From Azolla caroliniana (taxonomy: Eukaryota; Plantae; Polypodiophyta), in NCBI GenBank assembly GCA_043228905.1, contig JBHGNT010000020.1:5332001-5396000 (forward strand): 64,000 bases of DNA. The letters are read 5' to 3'. The position numbers and the translations under genes are program-made. Shown here one piece after another: positions 12,250 through 27,241 of this stretch; within the stretch, counting starts at the first letter, position 1, and each line of letters opens with the position of its first letter. The notes under the pieces are model-generated. The model saw only the letters and a program-made list of their open reading frames with translations, made no database searches and was not told where the DNA came from.

Positions 12250-15200
12250 GAAGAGGTATCATTTTACGATATCTGGAGTGAAGACAATATGCTTCACCCT
12301 TACTCGAAATATCGAGATGGCGCTGATGCAGCCGAGGATAAGTCTAAAATTGCTGAGTTTGTTTAGTCATTAGATGGTCAATCGGCAAATTAGTTTGCTT
12401 AGAATGGTTTCCGAGCGTTTGAAACATTCGAAAAATTAACCAACAAATTTATTCAATTATTTCATCGAAAAATTCCTCTGAAGGATCTTATAGCCCAATT
12501 GTATGCATCGTATCAAGAATCGCATGAAACGGTGTCACAGTTCGTCATTCGATTTCAGAATCTACAGCTCCAAATTTCCAGGTCAATTCTAGATCAAGAA
12601 TTAGAGGATATCTTTTTGGAGGCAATCCGTGAACCACTACGAACAACATTAGCAGTGTTCGATTTCTAGCATCAGTCAATTGATCAAGTTATTGATAAGG
12701 CAATTGCTATGGATCGGAAACAAAAATAAAAAAAGTATGGATATGTCGGCGTTACACCATAATCTGCCGACTTTAGAGGAGTTACAGTTTCGACAAGCAG
12801 TGCAATGTACCACTTGTCTCAACACTGGGCATTCAACAATAGAATGTAGTGTGTGCACTCATTGCACAATTTGTCACTCCAAAGCTCACTTCGTAGAGCA
12901 ATGTGAAAATAATTTGCTTAATAAAGCAACAACGTCTATATGACAAATTCATCCGGAGAATGGTTACCAAGCCAACAGTAACAGGTTCAACAATAGGTAT
13001 CAGGAGGATGATCTGTATGATAATAGAAATTATTCGGACCGAATAATGATTGGAATTATTACAAGCGGAACGATAATTATGATTCGACTCGTGATGAAGA
13101 TCGACAGTATGATTATCGAAGAGATGATCGCAATAATCAGGATCACGATTTCTCACCACCTCAGGATAATGGTCGTCAACAATATAAAGGGGGTCGTGAT
13201 TAGAATAAACAAAATCGACCATCCAGCAAAAACTTTCATAAGCCAAAAGCATCTAGGCAATTTTAGCATGATTCTTGGAGAGAAAACCCGGATTTCAACG
13301 ATGCTAGACATCCACAATTTGAACAGGGTGAAGCCAATGATTCAGCAATCCCAAATTTCTATATTTGCAGGAAAGATGGGCATTATGCAAATCAATGTCT
13401 GATTAAAGACAAGAGAAAAGCACCTGCTGTCAATATGGTGGTTCCAGAAATTCAGTAGGTAACTACCAGAAGTAAAGGTAAGCAATCAAAATGGGAAATC
13501 CAGGAAGCTGTTAGAAAAGCAGCCAAAGAATGGGTTGAAGCTAATAAAAATAATGCGTCCAGAATGCTACAGGATAATGCGATAAACCAAGTAAACGAGC
13601 TACCCGGATCAGTACCAGTACAAGAACAGGAAGAAGCTTGGAAAATCTTAGCAGATTCTCAAGTTTCATTACCCTTAACTGGCTTATTGAAATTAGTTCC
13701 ACGGTTCACGGAGAAAGTGGCCACTTTGATTGCACAAAAAGGGGTAGAACAACTATCGGCTAATTAAAATCAACCGAACAATAGTCCGACAATTATGGAT
13801 GAGCAAAATCCATCAATAAAAGTAATGATTCATGGACAAGCAATAGACGAGACTATTGTAGATGGCGGATCAGGAGTAAACTACCTGTGATAAGGTTGGT
13901 ATCACTAAATGGGAGGCATGTTCATTCTAGTTACGAATGGATGATACCAGTACGGTACGACCACTCGGCTCAATCAGACAACTAGATGTCCTTTTAGGGG
14001 GACATACTTTTCAAATATCAGTAGTAGTGCTTCATTTGGAGGCTCATGGAGCATATCCCTTGTTATTAGGCTGACCATGGTTAAAGACTGCAAATATTAA
14101 GCAAAACTGGAATAAGAATTTATTAACATTCCAGAAAGGAAAGCATAAACATCGGGTGTCCACTCAACATAAGGTCAGTACAAGTCGGCAGTGTCTGCCA
14201 ATTCATGCAAATGAAATCAATATGATTGGAGGGATTGGATGAAGCTGAGGAGAATAATTATTTCAATGACAACCCAAAAATCATTCCCTTGTTCGAGGTT
14301 GACATTTTGCAAGCTCTTACATCATATGTCAACACACAGGGTGACATACCAATAGATGATCAAACAATGAAAGAGATTCTCCTTCAGCAGGAAGCTACAG
14401 ATAAAGAAATGAAGGTATCGCAAAGAGTTCAAGCTTCGGGATTGGAAGAAGTAAATTTAGCCAATAAAGGCATAGAGCTTGAACCAAAAACAATACTGAT
14501 CGCCAAGGAAATGTTGTCATATGACAAACAACGACTCATCGGCATATTCAAACAATATAAAGATGTATTCGCTTGGTCCTTCGAAGACATGAAAGGACTA
14601 GATCCAACCTTTTATCAGCATCAAATTAATCTTCACAAAGATGCAAAGCTAGTCCAACAAGATGGTATCGTCTGAACCCAAACTATGCAATTAAAGTAAA
14701 AGAAGAAATAGATAAACTGCTCAAGGTTGGGTTTATTCGGCCAGTAAAAAAGGCTACATGGTTAAGTCCGATCGTGGTCGTACCAAAGAAAAATGGCAAG
14801 ATTCGGGTTTGTGTTGACTATTGGAAACTTAATGTAGCGATGGTAACGGATGTGTTTCTACTATCGTTCACCGACGGTGTATTGGAAGCAGTTGCCGGTC
14901 ACGAAATGTACAGTTTTCTAGATGGCTTTAGTGGATATAATCAAGTAAGAATGCACCCAGATGATCTAGAAAAAACCGCCTTTGTCATTGAATGGGGAGT
15001 ATTTGTGGCCGTCGTAATGATGTTTGGTTTAAAAACGGCCCTAGCCACATTTCAAAGAGTAATACAAGAAATTTTTGGTGATTACATTACTGCGTTCATG
15101 CAAGTTTTCTTAGACGAATTTGCCGTCTACAGTCGGAAGTCGGAGCACTTCGAACATTTACGATTATGTTTGGAACGTTGTCAGAAAGGTAGGCTTAGCT

Positions 15201-16486
15201 TAAATCCAGAGCTCTAAATGTGCGTTCGGAGTCACAAGTGGAACATTATTAGGGCACATCGTCAGTCAAGAAGGAGTTGTAGTTGACCCGGATAAAGTCT
15301 GAGCAATAATGGATGCATTGGCACCAACCAATGCAAAAAGCCTTAGTCGATTTTTAGGACAGATAAGATGGCACAACCGAATGATGAGATACCTTGCTGA
15401 TGTTGCAATACCATTGCAAACAGCGGTACATAAAACACCATTGAATACTGTCGACAATGCGATTTATGTCAAAGAATTGGACAACCAACAGAAAAGGATA
15501 GAGTGCCTTTTCAACCAATATTACCCTTAGAACCATTTCAGAAATGGGGACTGGATTTTGCTGGTCCATTTAAACCAACAACTGTACGAACGGGGAATTG
15601 TTACATCATAGTCACTACGGACTAACTACTGCACAAAATGGGTGGAGGCTAACCTTTGAGAGATAACATGACAACATCAACAACTAAATTCTTATATGAA
15701 AATATCTGGTGTCGACTCGGGTGTCCTATCGAATTAGTAAGCAATCAAGGTACTCATTTCATTAATAAAATTATACATGAATTATCAACATATTATGTCG
15801 TAGTACATAAGAAAAGTACTCCTTACTACCCACAAGCTAATGGACTAGTAGAATCTACAAATAAAACACTGCAAATTATTCTCAAGAAAATAATAGTAAA
15901 TGAGAATAGAACAGATTGGGATTAGAAGCTAAATAGTGCTCTATGGGCCTATCATACATCGTATAAAACGGCTATTAAATCCACTCCATTTAGGATAACA
16001 TTTGGGTTAGAAGTAGTAATGCCGATAGAATTTCAAGTTCCAACACTTCGGGTACAAGTTACGGAAAGATTAGACGAACTAAAATCGGAACATGTTCGGA
16101 AACAACAATTATTGTTGTTAGAGGAGAGTCGAATTCAAGCAATGTCGGCATTGGAGCAAAAACAACGACAAACAAAGGCATTCGTAAACCGACATAGACA
16201 GCAAAAAGAAAACCAATTCGCAATCGGAAAATTAGTTTTAGTTTTCCAGACTAAAATGGGGTATATGCCCGGGAAACTTCGATTTCGATGGATGGGGCCA
16301 TTTTGGATTGTTGATAGCAAAAATGGTACATATCAAGTAGGCACGCTGCTGTCAGGAGAAATTTTACCAAAATGGGTAAATGGTTTTCGACTCAAACCCT
16401 ATCAGGGTTCGATGCTGGAAAATCCCTTTAAGGTTGTAAAAGAAACCGACGTGACGCGACATGGCATACGTTACACATGTAAATAG
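12250..16486 (+). pseudogene. gag-pol: Gypsy A gag-pol (decayed; RNase H and integrase N-terminus deleted at ~15443)
   Basis: Cys/His knuckles CTTCLNTGHSTIEC, IVDGGSGVN protease, YSFLDGFSGYNQ and [25 protein letters not shown] integrase. Confidence 0.9.
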
Positions 16487-16829
16487 ACAAAAAAAAAAAA
16501 AAAAAAACTTGGCAAAAAGACAACAAAACTAAATGTAGTGATAGACACTTATTGCCATGTGTTTTTAAGACTATAAGTTAAGAAGTTACAAATCATGCAA
16601 CTATCATGAGTGGTGGAGCTATTATTGCTATTTGGAGAGTAGTACTATCGTTAATAGTATATTCCTTTTCCCTAGACATCATGAAACGCCTAATTTCCTT
16701 AAAACCTAATACTTCATGTTCTCTATCGCCACAAAAACAGAAGTTTTTTCGAGCACAGAAATTTTCTTCTGCGTTTCCTCATAAACTGTTGCCTTCATCG
16801 CCCTCTCTACAAATATCAGATATATTTCA

Positions 16830-17682
16830 TGAAGATGACAACATGTCGATCCATGTATCTGATAATCTTTGACAGTGGGTCAACAACAAAGGACTTCAGG
16901 GTTACCTAAGAGTGGCGGATTCTGAACCTCAGCCACACAAAGGACTTCAGAGCATCGACATCACCAAATTAACTAACAAACAGGTACGTTGTATGTTAAA
17001 CTTAAAAAGAGAAGGTTTTGATGCAGTTCAGAAAATGGATAACGACATGCTGCGATCATATTTCGGAGAATACTCTCTTTGTCAGCCAAAGCATATCAAA
17101 CATATGGCGGGGAGGATGATTTTTTCATGAAGTCGCCAAATTTCTGCTAGAAGTTGCTTTTGTCAGTCCTAGGTTTTATTGTATGCCAAAAAAATGAACA
17201 GGATTTATTACAACAACTTATGAAGGGGAAATTTTTGATTGGGGTTTCTTAACAGCCGAGGCACTCCGGGAGCAACTTAAGGGGGTACAGGGAGGTAAAC
17301 CAATGAAGCCCATCTTTGCCTGATGGCTGGCCGTTTTGTGTCTGACACCAAGTTCGGAAAATCGACAAAACGAGTCGGGGCCAGCAAGGAAACAACAGGT
17401 ACACGGGGCCAGGCAACAAGTGCCCAAAGAAGAATGGCACGAATCAAAATTGACACATGTCGAGGGTAAATAGTTGGAACCAGTTCGACAATAGGAATCG
17501 GAGGCTTCACCTTCTTCGGAGATGGCACAGTCTCGTAGGCCAACATCCATTCCAGCACCCACCTCAGCTCCAAAACCAACCCCAACTCCAAACCCAAACC
17601 CGACTACACTGGAACCACATCCAAGCTCAGATATGGAACAACCGACACAAGCACAACAACAAGCTCTGATTCGGACTACCAA
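16830..17682 (+). pseudogene. Gypsy A extra ORF2, N-terminal part (continues at 23025-24200 and 57103-57632)
   Basis: GLQGYLRV, MLRSYFGEYSL and YEGEIFDWG motifs are homologous to H (61500-62209) and B (29363-29200). Confidence 0.75.
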
Positions 17683-17687
17683 AGAAA

Positions 17688-20600
17688 TGTTGAGAATAGG
17701 CGCTTCTATTCACCTTCACCACTCGGCCACAACCAAGCAAGCTCGAATCAATGCAACAGAAAATAGGAACCACAGAGAGAAACACACGAATGCACAGGGA
17801 TTTAACGTGGAAAACCCTATACGGGAAAAACCACGGGAGTACAAGACTCCAAACCAACACTATACAAGGAGAAGTATACAATGGCGAGCTGCAAGGCGAC
17901 GACCTTGAGCTCGCATTCCTCGCCACAGGCGGCGGTATTACACAGAGGCTTCGACCTCCTCGTCTCTCACACTCTATCTCTCTCTCTCTCTCACGGCTGC
18001 TCACTCTTCACTCCTCTTGAGTGGAAAAACAGAAAAATGAGTAGCAACAGTAAAACTGTTTGCCCTAAGTCATATTTATACTTATATGACTTTGGGCTAT
18101 TTACAACTGTAGCCTCAGGGGCCCATAGCGAACATATTCACGGATATGGCCCTGCATCCGGATCGCTCTCCGGGTACATTCGTCATCCGGTACCGAAACC
18201 GGGGTCTTCGTCATCCGGATCCGAAACCGAAACCGGGCTTGTCGGCATTCATCTCCGATATCCGACCATCCCATCCGAAGGGACCGTAATCCCAACAAAC
18301 TCCCCCTTCACTTCGGCATGGGATGTCTCTCCAATCCGATCCTCTTCCGGCATGCTTCCAGCTTGTCGGGTGTGAGCACCTTGGTCAGCATATCCGACCC
18401 GTTCTCGTCCGTGTGGATCTTTGTCAGCACGAACTCCTTGTCTTCTATCCTTTCCCGGATCCAGTGATATCTTCGCTGGATGTGCTTCGTCCGGGAGTGA
18501 TAGGCCGCGTTCTTCGCAAGGTGGATTGCACTCTGACTGTCGCAGTAGAGTCGGTACTCCTCCTGTCGGATACCGAGCTCTCTAATGAAGTCCTTCATCC
18601 ATATTATTTCCTTGCCGGCTTCAACAGCCGCCATGTACTCCGCCTCTGTGGTTGACAACGCAACCGTCTTCTGCAGCCTCGACTGCCATGAAACAGCCCC
18701 CCCTGCATACGTCATCACATACCCTGATGTGGACCGGCTGGTATCTGCATCAGCCGACATATCCGAATCGGTAAAGCCGTCGAGTTCGGGCTTTCCGGAG
18801 CCGAATCGGAGGCGCACGTTTGCCGTGCCCTTCAGGTATCGGAGTATCCACTTGGCCGCGTTCCAATGCTCTTTGCCGGGATTGCTCATGTACCGGCTCA
18901 CCACTCCGACTGCATATCCGATGTCCGGTCTCGTACACACCATGGCGTACATCAAGCTCCCGACGGCTGAGGCATACGGTACTTTCATCATATCCTCCTT
19001 TTCAGCCTTTGTCTTGGGACTTTGCTTGCTGGACAGCTTGCAGTTTGTCGGGAGGGTCGATCCGACCGGTCTTGCTTCCGACATGTTGAACCGGTGAAGC
19101 ACCTTCGTCACGTACTTCTCCTGTGACAGCCACAACTGCTTCTTCTTCCGGTCCCGGATGATGCATCCCTAGTATTTGCCTCGCCGGACCCAGGTCCTTC
19201 ATTGAGAAGGTTCGGTGAAGAGCCTTCTTCAGCATCCGTATCTTGACCTGGTCCCGTCCGACGATCAACATGTCGTCCACGTACAGGAGGAGTATAAGAA
19301 AGTCTCCTCCTTCGAACTTCTTCACAAACACGCAGTGGTCGGACTACGTTTTTAGGTACCCTTCGTCGGTCATGAAAGAGTCGAACTTCCGGTACCATTG
19401 CCGGGGAGCCTGCTTCAGTCCGTAAAGGCTCTTCTTCAACCGGCATACCAGGTGCTCCTTCCCTTTCTTCTCGAATCCTTCCGGTTGCTGCATGTAGATC
19501 TCTTCTTCGAGGTCACCGTGAAGGAATGCCGTCTTCACGTCCATCTGTTCTACCTCGAGGTCCATGCTTGCCGCTATGCTCAGCACCGTTCGGATGGAGG
19601 TCATCTTCACTACCGGAGCAAATATCTCGTCGAAGTCGACGCTCTTCTTCTGCTGAAACCCCTTCACCACGATCCTGGCTTTGTATCTCGGGGGGTTTCC
19701 GGCATCTCCCGGTTTCAGCTTGAACACCCACTTGTTTCGGAGTGCCCGCTTTCCTTTCGGCAACTCAACAAGTTCATATGTGTGGTTCTCATGCAGGGAA
19801 TCCATCTCGTCCTGCATGGCACTCAACCACCTGCGGCTCTGGGTGTCATGCTTTGCTTCTTCAAAGCTCTCCGGCTCCCCCTCGTCGGTTAGCAGCATGT
19901 GCTCTGGTTCCGGAAATCTCCGGGGGGCCCTCCTCTCTCTTAGAGGATATCTCCGTTCGGGAGCTTCGGTAACCGGTTCTTCCGATTCTTCTTCATCCGA
20001 ATCCATTTCGGGATCGGGGCCGGTTCCGGTATCATTTTCGTCTTCTTCGGCCGGTTCGGTTTCTTCACCGTCTTCGGCCGGATCCTCGAGTGCTAACCGG
20101 TCCCTTCCCGGTCGGGACTGCTCCTCGTAGAGTTTATCCTCACCGGTTGACTTGGAGCTCTTCATCTTCTTCTCCGACTCCCAGTCGGCGAGTGTCTTGT
20201 CCTCCATGAAGATGATGTCTCAACTCCTGAATATCTTCTTGTCAACCGGGTCCCATACTCGGTAGCTGAACTCGTCGTCGCCGTATCCGAGGAATATGCA
20301 TGGCCGGGTCTTTGGATCTAGCTTTCCTCTCTGGTCCTTTGCCACATGCACGTATGCGAGACACCCGAACACCTTCAGATGCCGGTAGGATACTTCCCTA
20401 CCGGTCCACACTCTCTGCGGCGTGTCTCCGTCCAAAGGTACTGAGGGTGATCTGTTTATCATGTATGTCGCCGTCGACATCGCCTCAGCCCAAAAACCCT
20501 TGGGTAATTCCGCATGCGCCAGCATACTCCGGACCCTCTCCATTATGGTCTGGTTCATCCTCTCGGCCAGCCCGTTCAGTTCCGGCGTCTTCGGCACAGT

Positions 20601-23019
20601 AAACTCGAGTCGGATTCCCTTCGAGCGACAGTACTCCTGGAACTGCCCCCGGTATTCCCCTCCGTTATCCGCTCGTATCGCTTTCAGCTTCTTGCCGGAT
20701 TCCCTTTCCACTCTCGCATGGAGTTCTTTGAAGACGCACAACACTTGGTCCTTTGTCTTCATCGGTGCCGTCCACAGCTTCCGGCTGTGGTCATCAATGA
20801 ATGTCACGAAGTACTGGGCTCCGCCATGTGACTTCGTTTCTACTTGACACACATCAGTGTGTACCAACTCCAATGGTACACTACGTCTCTTCGGTGGCCT
20901 TGAGTGGAAGGAGGCTCGGTTCTGCTTACCGGCCAGGCAATCGGTGCACTTCTCCAGGTGCACGTGCTTCACTGGAATAAGGTTGTCTTCTGCAAGCCTC
21001 TTCATCCCCTTCTCACTCATGTGGCACAGTCTTTTGTGCCACAGCTCACCGGCAGTGTCGGCTGCCACATTCAGCTCTTCCGGACATAACCAGGCATTCA
21101 TCAGGTACAGTGTGTTGACCTTCCGGGCCCGAGCCACTATCAAGCTCCCCTTGCTGAACTTCATGACACCGTTCCGGATGCTACCCGTGTAGCCTTCATC
21201 ATCTAGCCTCCCGGCCGAAATCAGGTTCAGTCGGACCTCCGGAACGTGTCGGACATTCTTCGGCAGCATTTTGCATCCGGTCGGGGTTGTCAACCACACG
21301 TCTCCGATGTCGGCAATCCGGCACGTACCTTCATTTCCCATCCGAACACAGCCATGCTCACCGGCTGTGTAGGATGAGAAGTATCTTCTCTCCGGGGTCA
21401 GGTGGAACGATGCTCCGGAATCGACCACCCAGGTCGTCTCATCGCCGGCAATGTTTAGCTCACCTTCTTCGGTGATGAGCATGATTTCTTCCTCACTTGC
21501 CGCGAGTGCCGTCGTTCCTTTCCGGTCCTACCCTCGCCGATCCGAACCTCTCCGGTCCGTGGCTCCCCGGTATGCACCGTTTCTCTCCGGTGACTTCTTC
21601 GAATCGGTGTCGTCGGCTCCGTTGTCTTTTCGGTAATGCCGACAATTCTTTCGGAAGTGCCCCGGCTTCCCACAGTGGAAGCATGTGGGCCTTCCTCTTG
21701 ACTGCGACCGGGTCCCCGACTTCTCCCGTCTTTGCGGACTCCGGTTCCATTGTCTTCCCCGATCCGATTCGGTAAACAACATCTTCGGGTCGGAGGCCGG
21801 TTCCTTATCTCTCCGACGCGCTTCTTCATTCAAAATACTTGTCTTTACCGTTTGTAAGGACAAGTTATCTTCGGCGCAGGAGGTGCTGAGAGTTACCACC
21901 AAGTTCTCCCAGCTTTCCGGCAATGTACACATCAGGATGATGGCTTGCATTGCATCCTCCAACGGGAACTTGATCGCCGCAAGCTGATTCACGAATCCCA
22001 TGAACGTGCTTACGTGTTCCACCATACTCTCGCCGTCCCGGTACTTGAGATTCACTATCTTCCTCATCAGGGAGGTCCGATTCAACGCATTCTTCCTCTC
22101 GTAGAGGCCCGACAGCTTCTTCCACATTTCATATGCGTTGGTGTCGTTTGCCACATATTGTAGGACGCTCACGTCGACGTATTGCCGAATGGTTGCAACG
22201 GCTTTCCGGTTCAGAAGCCTCCATTCCGACTCAAGTACCCCTTTCGGTATTTCCGACCTGTCAATCGGTTCGTACAGGTCCCGAACAATCAGAAGATCTT
22301 CCATCTTGATCTTCCAGTCGGCGTAGTTCTGCGCAGTCAGCACCATCATCCCCGGCTGCCCGCTGCCGCCGCCTTCCATTTTCTGCAGCAGTTCGCTCTG
22401 ATACCAGTTTGTTGAGAATAGGCGCTTCTATTCACCTTCACCACTCGGCCACAACCAAGCAAGCTCGAATCAATGCAACAGAAAATAGGAACCACAGAGA
22501 GAAACACATGAATGCACAGGGATTTAACGTGGAAAACCCTATACGGGAAAAACCACGGGAGTACAAGACTCCAAACCAACACTATACAAGGAGAAGTATA
22601 CAATGGCGAGCTGCAAGGCGACGACCTTGAGCTCGCATTCCTCGCCACAGGCGGCGGTATTACACAGAGGCTTCGACCTCCTCGTCTCTCACACTCTATC
22701 TCTCTCTCTCTCTCACGGTTGCTCACTCTTCACTCCTCTTGAGTGGAAAAACAGAAAAATGAGTGGCAACAGTAAAACTGTTTGCCCTAAGTCATATTTA
22801 TACTTATATGACTTTGGGCTATTTACAACTGTAGCCTCAGGGGCCCATAGCGAACATATTTACGGATATGTCCCTGCATCCGGATCGCTCTCCGGGTACA
22901 TTCGTCATCCGGTACCGAAACCGGGGTCTTCGTCATCCGGATCTGAAACCGAAACCGGGCTTGTCGGCATTCATCTCCGATATCCGACCATCCCATCCGA
23001 AGGGACCGTAATCCCAACA
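17688..23019 (-). mobile_element. Full-length young Copia E (Tnt1/Tork-like)
   Basis: 610-bp LTRs 17688-18297 and 22410-23019 with about 6 substitutions counted by eye; perfect TSD AGAAA; PBS TGGTATCAGAGC 22395-22406; PPT AGTGAAGGGGGAGTT 18298-18312. Confidence 0.97.
18308..22379 (-). pseudogene. gag-pol: Copia E gag-pol polyprotein (near intact; two stops and about two frameshifts)
   Basis: ORFs 21528-22379 (CFHCGKPGHFRKNC), 20220-21482 (DSGAS, integrase), 19344-20207, 19002-19331 (YVDD) and 18308-19135 (RNase H). RT/RH strongly resembles tobacco Tnt1. Confidence 0.95.
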
Positions 23020-23024
23020 AGAAA

Positions 23025-24200
23025 GAGTGTGTCGGGTAAAACAAAAGGCATAGCGTTTTCAACACACTGACCATGAAGAACTTGCAAGGAAGAAACAAAG
23101 AAGTGAGGAACAACTAACTCAAGTGGAGCTTCGTGTAAACCCAAAAGACACAAGCCGGATTCAAAAAGGAAAATCATCAGTCACGACGATTCGGGAAGCA
23201 ACAAGGTTTTCCGAAATACTGCCGGTAGCACATGAGTTGGCAGCCATACTACAATTCGGTACATCTTACGAATTGGTAGAATGGTTAGCACGCCGATGGC
23301 AAGAAGTTTCAGAAAGAATGGCAAGAGAACATAAGGATCAGATTATGATCCATAAGTCATTGGTAGGCGTTGTCGACCTAGAAGAGCAGCAAGAAGTCGA
23401 CTAGATCGGCCGACAACACAATACCAAGAATAAGGGGGAAGCCATACAAATGCCTTCGTTGCATGAGGCACTGGTGGAAGTACATAGAGAATATGAATGT
23501 GCGAGCAGAGCAACCAAAGATATGGCTGAATTGTATAAGAAAGCATTGGCGGCGTCAGAAGTATTAAATGATAAGTGTACAAGAACGTAGGGCGAAAAAG
23601 AAGAGTTGTCGAAGAAATTCCGACAGACTGAAGAGAAACTAAGGAAAGCCGAAGAAGAACTGTTAATACACCAACAATCAGCCAGGCTTTCCGACTCTAA
23701 ACAAGAACTGAACCATAGATTGCAAGAAGCAGAAGCATCTACTCGATCTGCAATAGGCTGGGCAGAAGAAGCCGAAACAAGAGTCAAAAAGATAGAAGAG
23801 CGGTTACTTTTGGTCAAAACAGAAATAGCCAAGTGGCTGGAGGCAAAAGATGTAGCAATACAACGGCCCAAACGTCAGCTAGCGCAATAGCAAGAGGAGA
23901 AAAGGCAACAGGAGGAATAGATATTGGAGTTAGAAGAGTATGTGCGTATTCAAGATGATTATTTTTCTGACCATATGGCTAAATCAGAGCTCAAAACCAT
24001 AGTCGCACAAGAGGTGCATGAAGAAGACAACTGACAATGGGAATTGACGAATTCTGAGTTACAAAATCGTTGCACAGAATTAGAAGATAGGTATGAAAGA
24101 AAAAGACTGAACCTATTGGTCATTGAAGCAAAACTCTTGCAAGCGGAAGCATTGGCTATTGCATAGTTAACAGATCTACGGAAACAATTGGCAGAAGCAC
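23025..24200 (+). pseudogene. Gypsy A ORF2, coiled-coil middle part
   Basis: E/K/Q/R-rich heptad-like frame with stops; LAEAQY at 24190-24205 resumes as KVNMGEE at 57103. Confidence 0.75.
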
Positions 24201-24662
24201 AATATTGTTGACAATGAGTGCGTTTTGCGGAAATGTGTATGGATTTGTTGTCGGTTATGAATAGCAAACAATGCAAACAGAAAGATAGAATAGGCGTAGA
24301 CTTACACAGTGCAAGCTTTAATGCTTCGTTCTCACTCTCTCTCAGAGATACAATACCAGAACCAGAGAATCAGTTCTCTGTCTCTTTGTCTCTCTTCCAC
24401 TCGTCGTCCTTTACAATGTTAGGTATTTGCTTATATACTAAGCCCTAACTTATTAACGAGTTCACACTCGGACAGATACAATTTGGAAGGAGTCAGCCTT
24501 TTATGCCAATAAACTCCCTCGTAAAAGGACTACTCTTTCATACATATACAAGTGCTTGGGGTTATCTCCCACATAAACCTAGATTACAAAATTGAACTAA
24601 GTTTTATGTTACAAGTTTGTCGGCAAGTAGCCGAGTCGGTAGAGGTATAGTATGAGTGTCGA

Positions 24663-27241
24663 TCAACTCTTACCTGTTGCTCCTCGTTCGGGTTTCTTCT
24701 GCTCGGTTGCTTGTTGTAGTCCAATCTTCGTCCTTGGTGTTCCGAAGCGTTGATCTATGAGTGGCTTCATCAGACAATCGACGATGTTCACCTCGGTGTC
24801 GATCTTCCAAACTTCGAGCTTCTTCTCGGTCACGAGCTCCCGGATATGATGATACCACACCTCAATGTGCTTTGCGTTTGCATGGTAGACGGGATTGTTG
24901 TAGAGGTGTATTGCGCTCTATGAGGCACAATGGATGGTTGATCGATTCGGCTTGCAGTTCCGAAGTTGGTAGATAGTCGTTGTAGTCAGATCGCTTCCTT
25001 AGCTACTTCGATGTTGCAATGTACTCGGCTTTTGTGGTAGACAAAGTCGTGCACTATTGACGTTTTGACCTCCATGATATTGCACCGCCACCATAGGTGA
25101 AGATGTAGCCTGATGTCGATTTCCGATTATCTGTATTTCCAACATAGTCAGAATCAATGTAGCCTTCGACTTCGGCTCAGGTTGTCGGTCCGAAAGTCAG
25201 CTGTGCATCCGTGGTTCCTTTAAGATACCTAAGGATGTGCTTGACGGCCTCCCCACGCTTCCTTCCTAGGTTTGACATGTACCGGCTGACCACCCCTACG
25301 GCATAGGCTAGGTTGGGTCGGGTCGCCACTATTGCGTACATGATACTTCCTACAACCGATGAGTCGGGCATCTTTCCATTAAGCTCTCTCTCCTTGTTCA
25401 TTGAAGAAGAGTCTCTATTTGATAGTCTGATTGACGTCGGAAGCGGTGTCGGTGATGGCTTCGCATTCTCCATGTTGAAGCGCTTCAGTACCTTGCGGAT
25501 GTATTCGGACTGGGAGAGTCGGAGAGTTTTGCTCGTCCGATTTCGCTCTATCCCCATGCCTACTATGTGTCGGGCTTGTCCGAGTCCTTCATCGTGAACT
25601 TTGCGTGAAGGCTCCACTTCAGCTTACCGATCTTTGCTTGATTGCTCCCTGCAATCAACATGTCATCGACATATAGGATTAGGTAGATCCTCGACTCGTC
25701 GGCCAAGTGCCAAACATACATGCATGGGTCGAAGTCTGATCTATTGTATCCAAGTTGTTGTATGTAGGAGTCAAACTTCTGGTACCACATCCTCAACGCT
25801 TGTTTGAGGCCATACAGACTTTTCTTTAGTCGACATACAAGGTGACTGTCCTCCCCCGTCGCCATGAAGCCTGCCGGTTGAGACATGTATATGTCTTCTT
25901 CCATATCTCTGTGTAAAAATGTCGTCTTTACATCCATCTGCTCGAGCTCGAGGTCTTCGGTCGCCACAACTCCTAATAGGAGTCGGAAGGTGGTCATCTT
26001 GACTATTGGTGAGAATATCTCATCATAGTTGACCCTGTATTCCGGTTTGAAACCCTTTGCGACAAGCCGAGCTTTGTACTTGGGTTTCTCTGAGTCGGAT
26101 ACATACTTGTATCGGAACACCCATTTGCAAGGTAATGGCTTCTTCCTGCTGGTAGTTCGACCAGCTGCCATGTCTGATTCTGGTGAATCGAGTCCATTTT
26201 GGATTTCATGGCTTGTAGCCATGTTTCGACGTCCGGTGCGGCTATAGCTTCTTCATACATGCTTGGTTCGCCTGCATCCATGTAGTTAACGTAGTCGAGG
26301 CCCGGTTGATAGAACTTTGTTTGCCTTCGAGCTCGTCCAGATCTCCTGGGTGCCGAGATGTTAGGTGCAGATCCTTCGATCAGTTCTATTAGATGATCAG
26401 TATTTGTTGAACCATCTGTATTAGGAGTCTTGTTAGGTGTCCCGCCCCAGTTTGGGATTTCAACGGTGTCTGGTTGTTCTCCCCTGTGGGTGTCGTCGAC
26501 TCTTTTCTAACTTGCCTCTTGGTGACTCTGCCTTTATCGATCCTTGTCGATTCGGTTGTGTCCTTGATGACTTTTTCTTTGATTTTGATGATGGGACTTG
26601 TTGCCGATTCAGTGTCAGCAGGGAAGTACTCAGTTGGTTGGAGTTCAACTGTCTATTGACTCTCTTATTCGGCCTGGTGGGACGGTCCTACAACATTTCG
26701 GTCGTCTTAGAAGGATACCTTCTTACCAATTGTTTTCTACTAGTTCCTCTAAGAGAAGATAGAGTCTTCATTGAAGACCACGTCACTAGTCCGGATCAGT
26801 TTCTAGTTCTCAGGGTCCCATAGCCGGTGGCTGAAGTCCCCATTGGTTCCATAACCGAGAAACATGCACTTCGTTGCATGAGGTGCCAGCTTCATCCTAA
26901 GTTTGTCTCTAGGGATGAATGCGTAGGCTTCACATCCAAATATACGGAGTAGCCTGATTGCTCTTGACGACGCCAGATTTAACAGGTACACTACCGTCTG
27001 CAATGCCTCGGCCCAAAATTCCACCCTCAGTCCGGCTTGCTAAAGCATTGTTGTCACCTTCTCCTAGATCATCCTGTTGATCCGTTCTGGCACTCCATTT
27101 TGCATGGGTGTGTAGGGAACGATGTTTTGGTGTCGGATCCCTTTTCCGGACAGGTATTGTTTGAAGGCTCTGGAGTTGTACTCACCTCCATTGTCGGATC
27201 AGAGTGTCTTCACTCTATATCCCGACCGGTTCTCCACTTTA
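24663..27241 (-). pseudogene. pol: Copia F integrase C-part, RT and RNase H
   Basis: SDNGGEY, FGCEAY, YKARLVAKGF, SLYGLKQA, LYVDDMLI. Confidence 0.9.

Noticed and set aside
18323-22415. Many plus-strand ORFs over Copia E (e.g. 18585-19097, 19398-19892, 20422-20847)
   Set aside because: Antisense shadows of a GC-rich gag-pol with no recognisable motifs.
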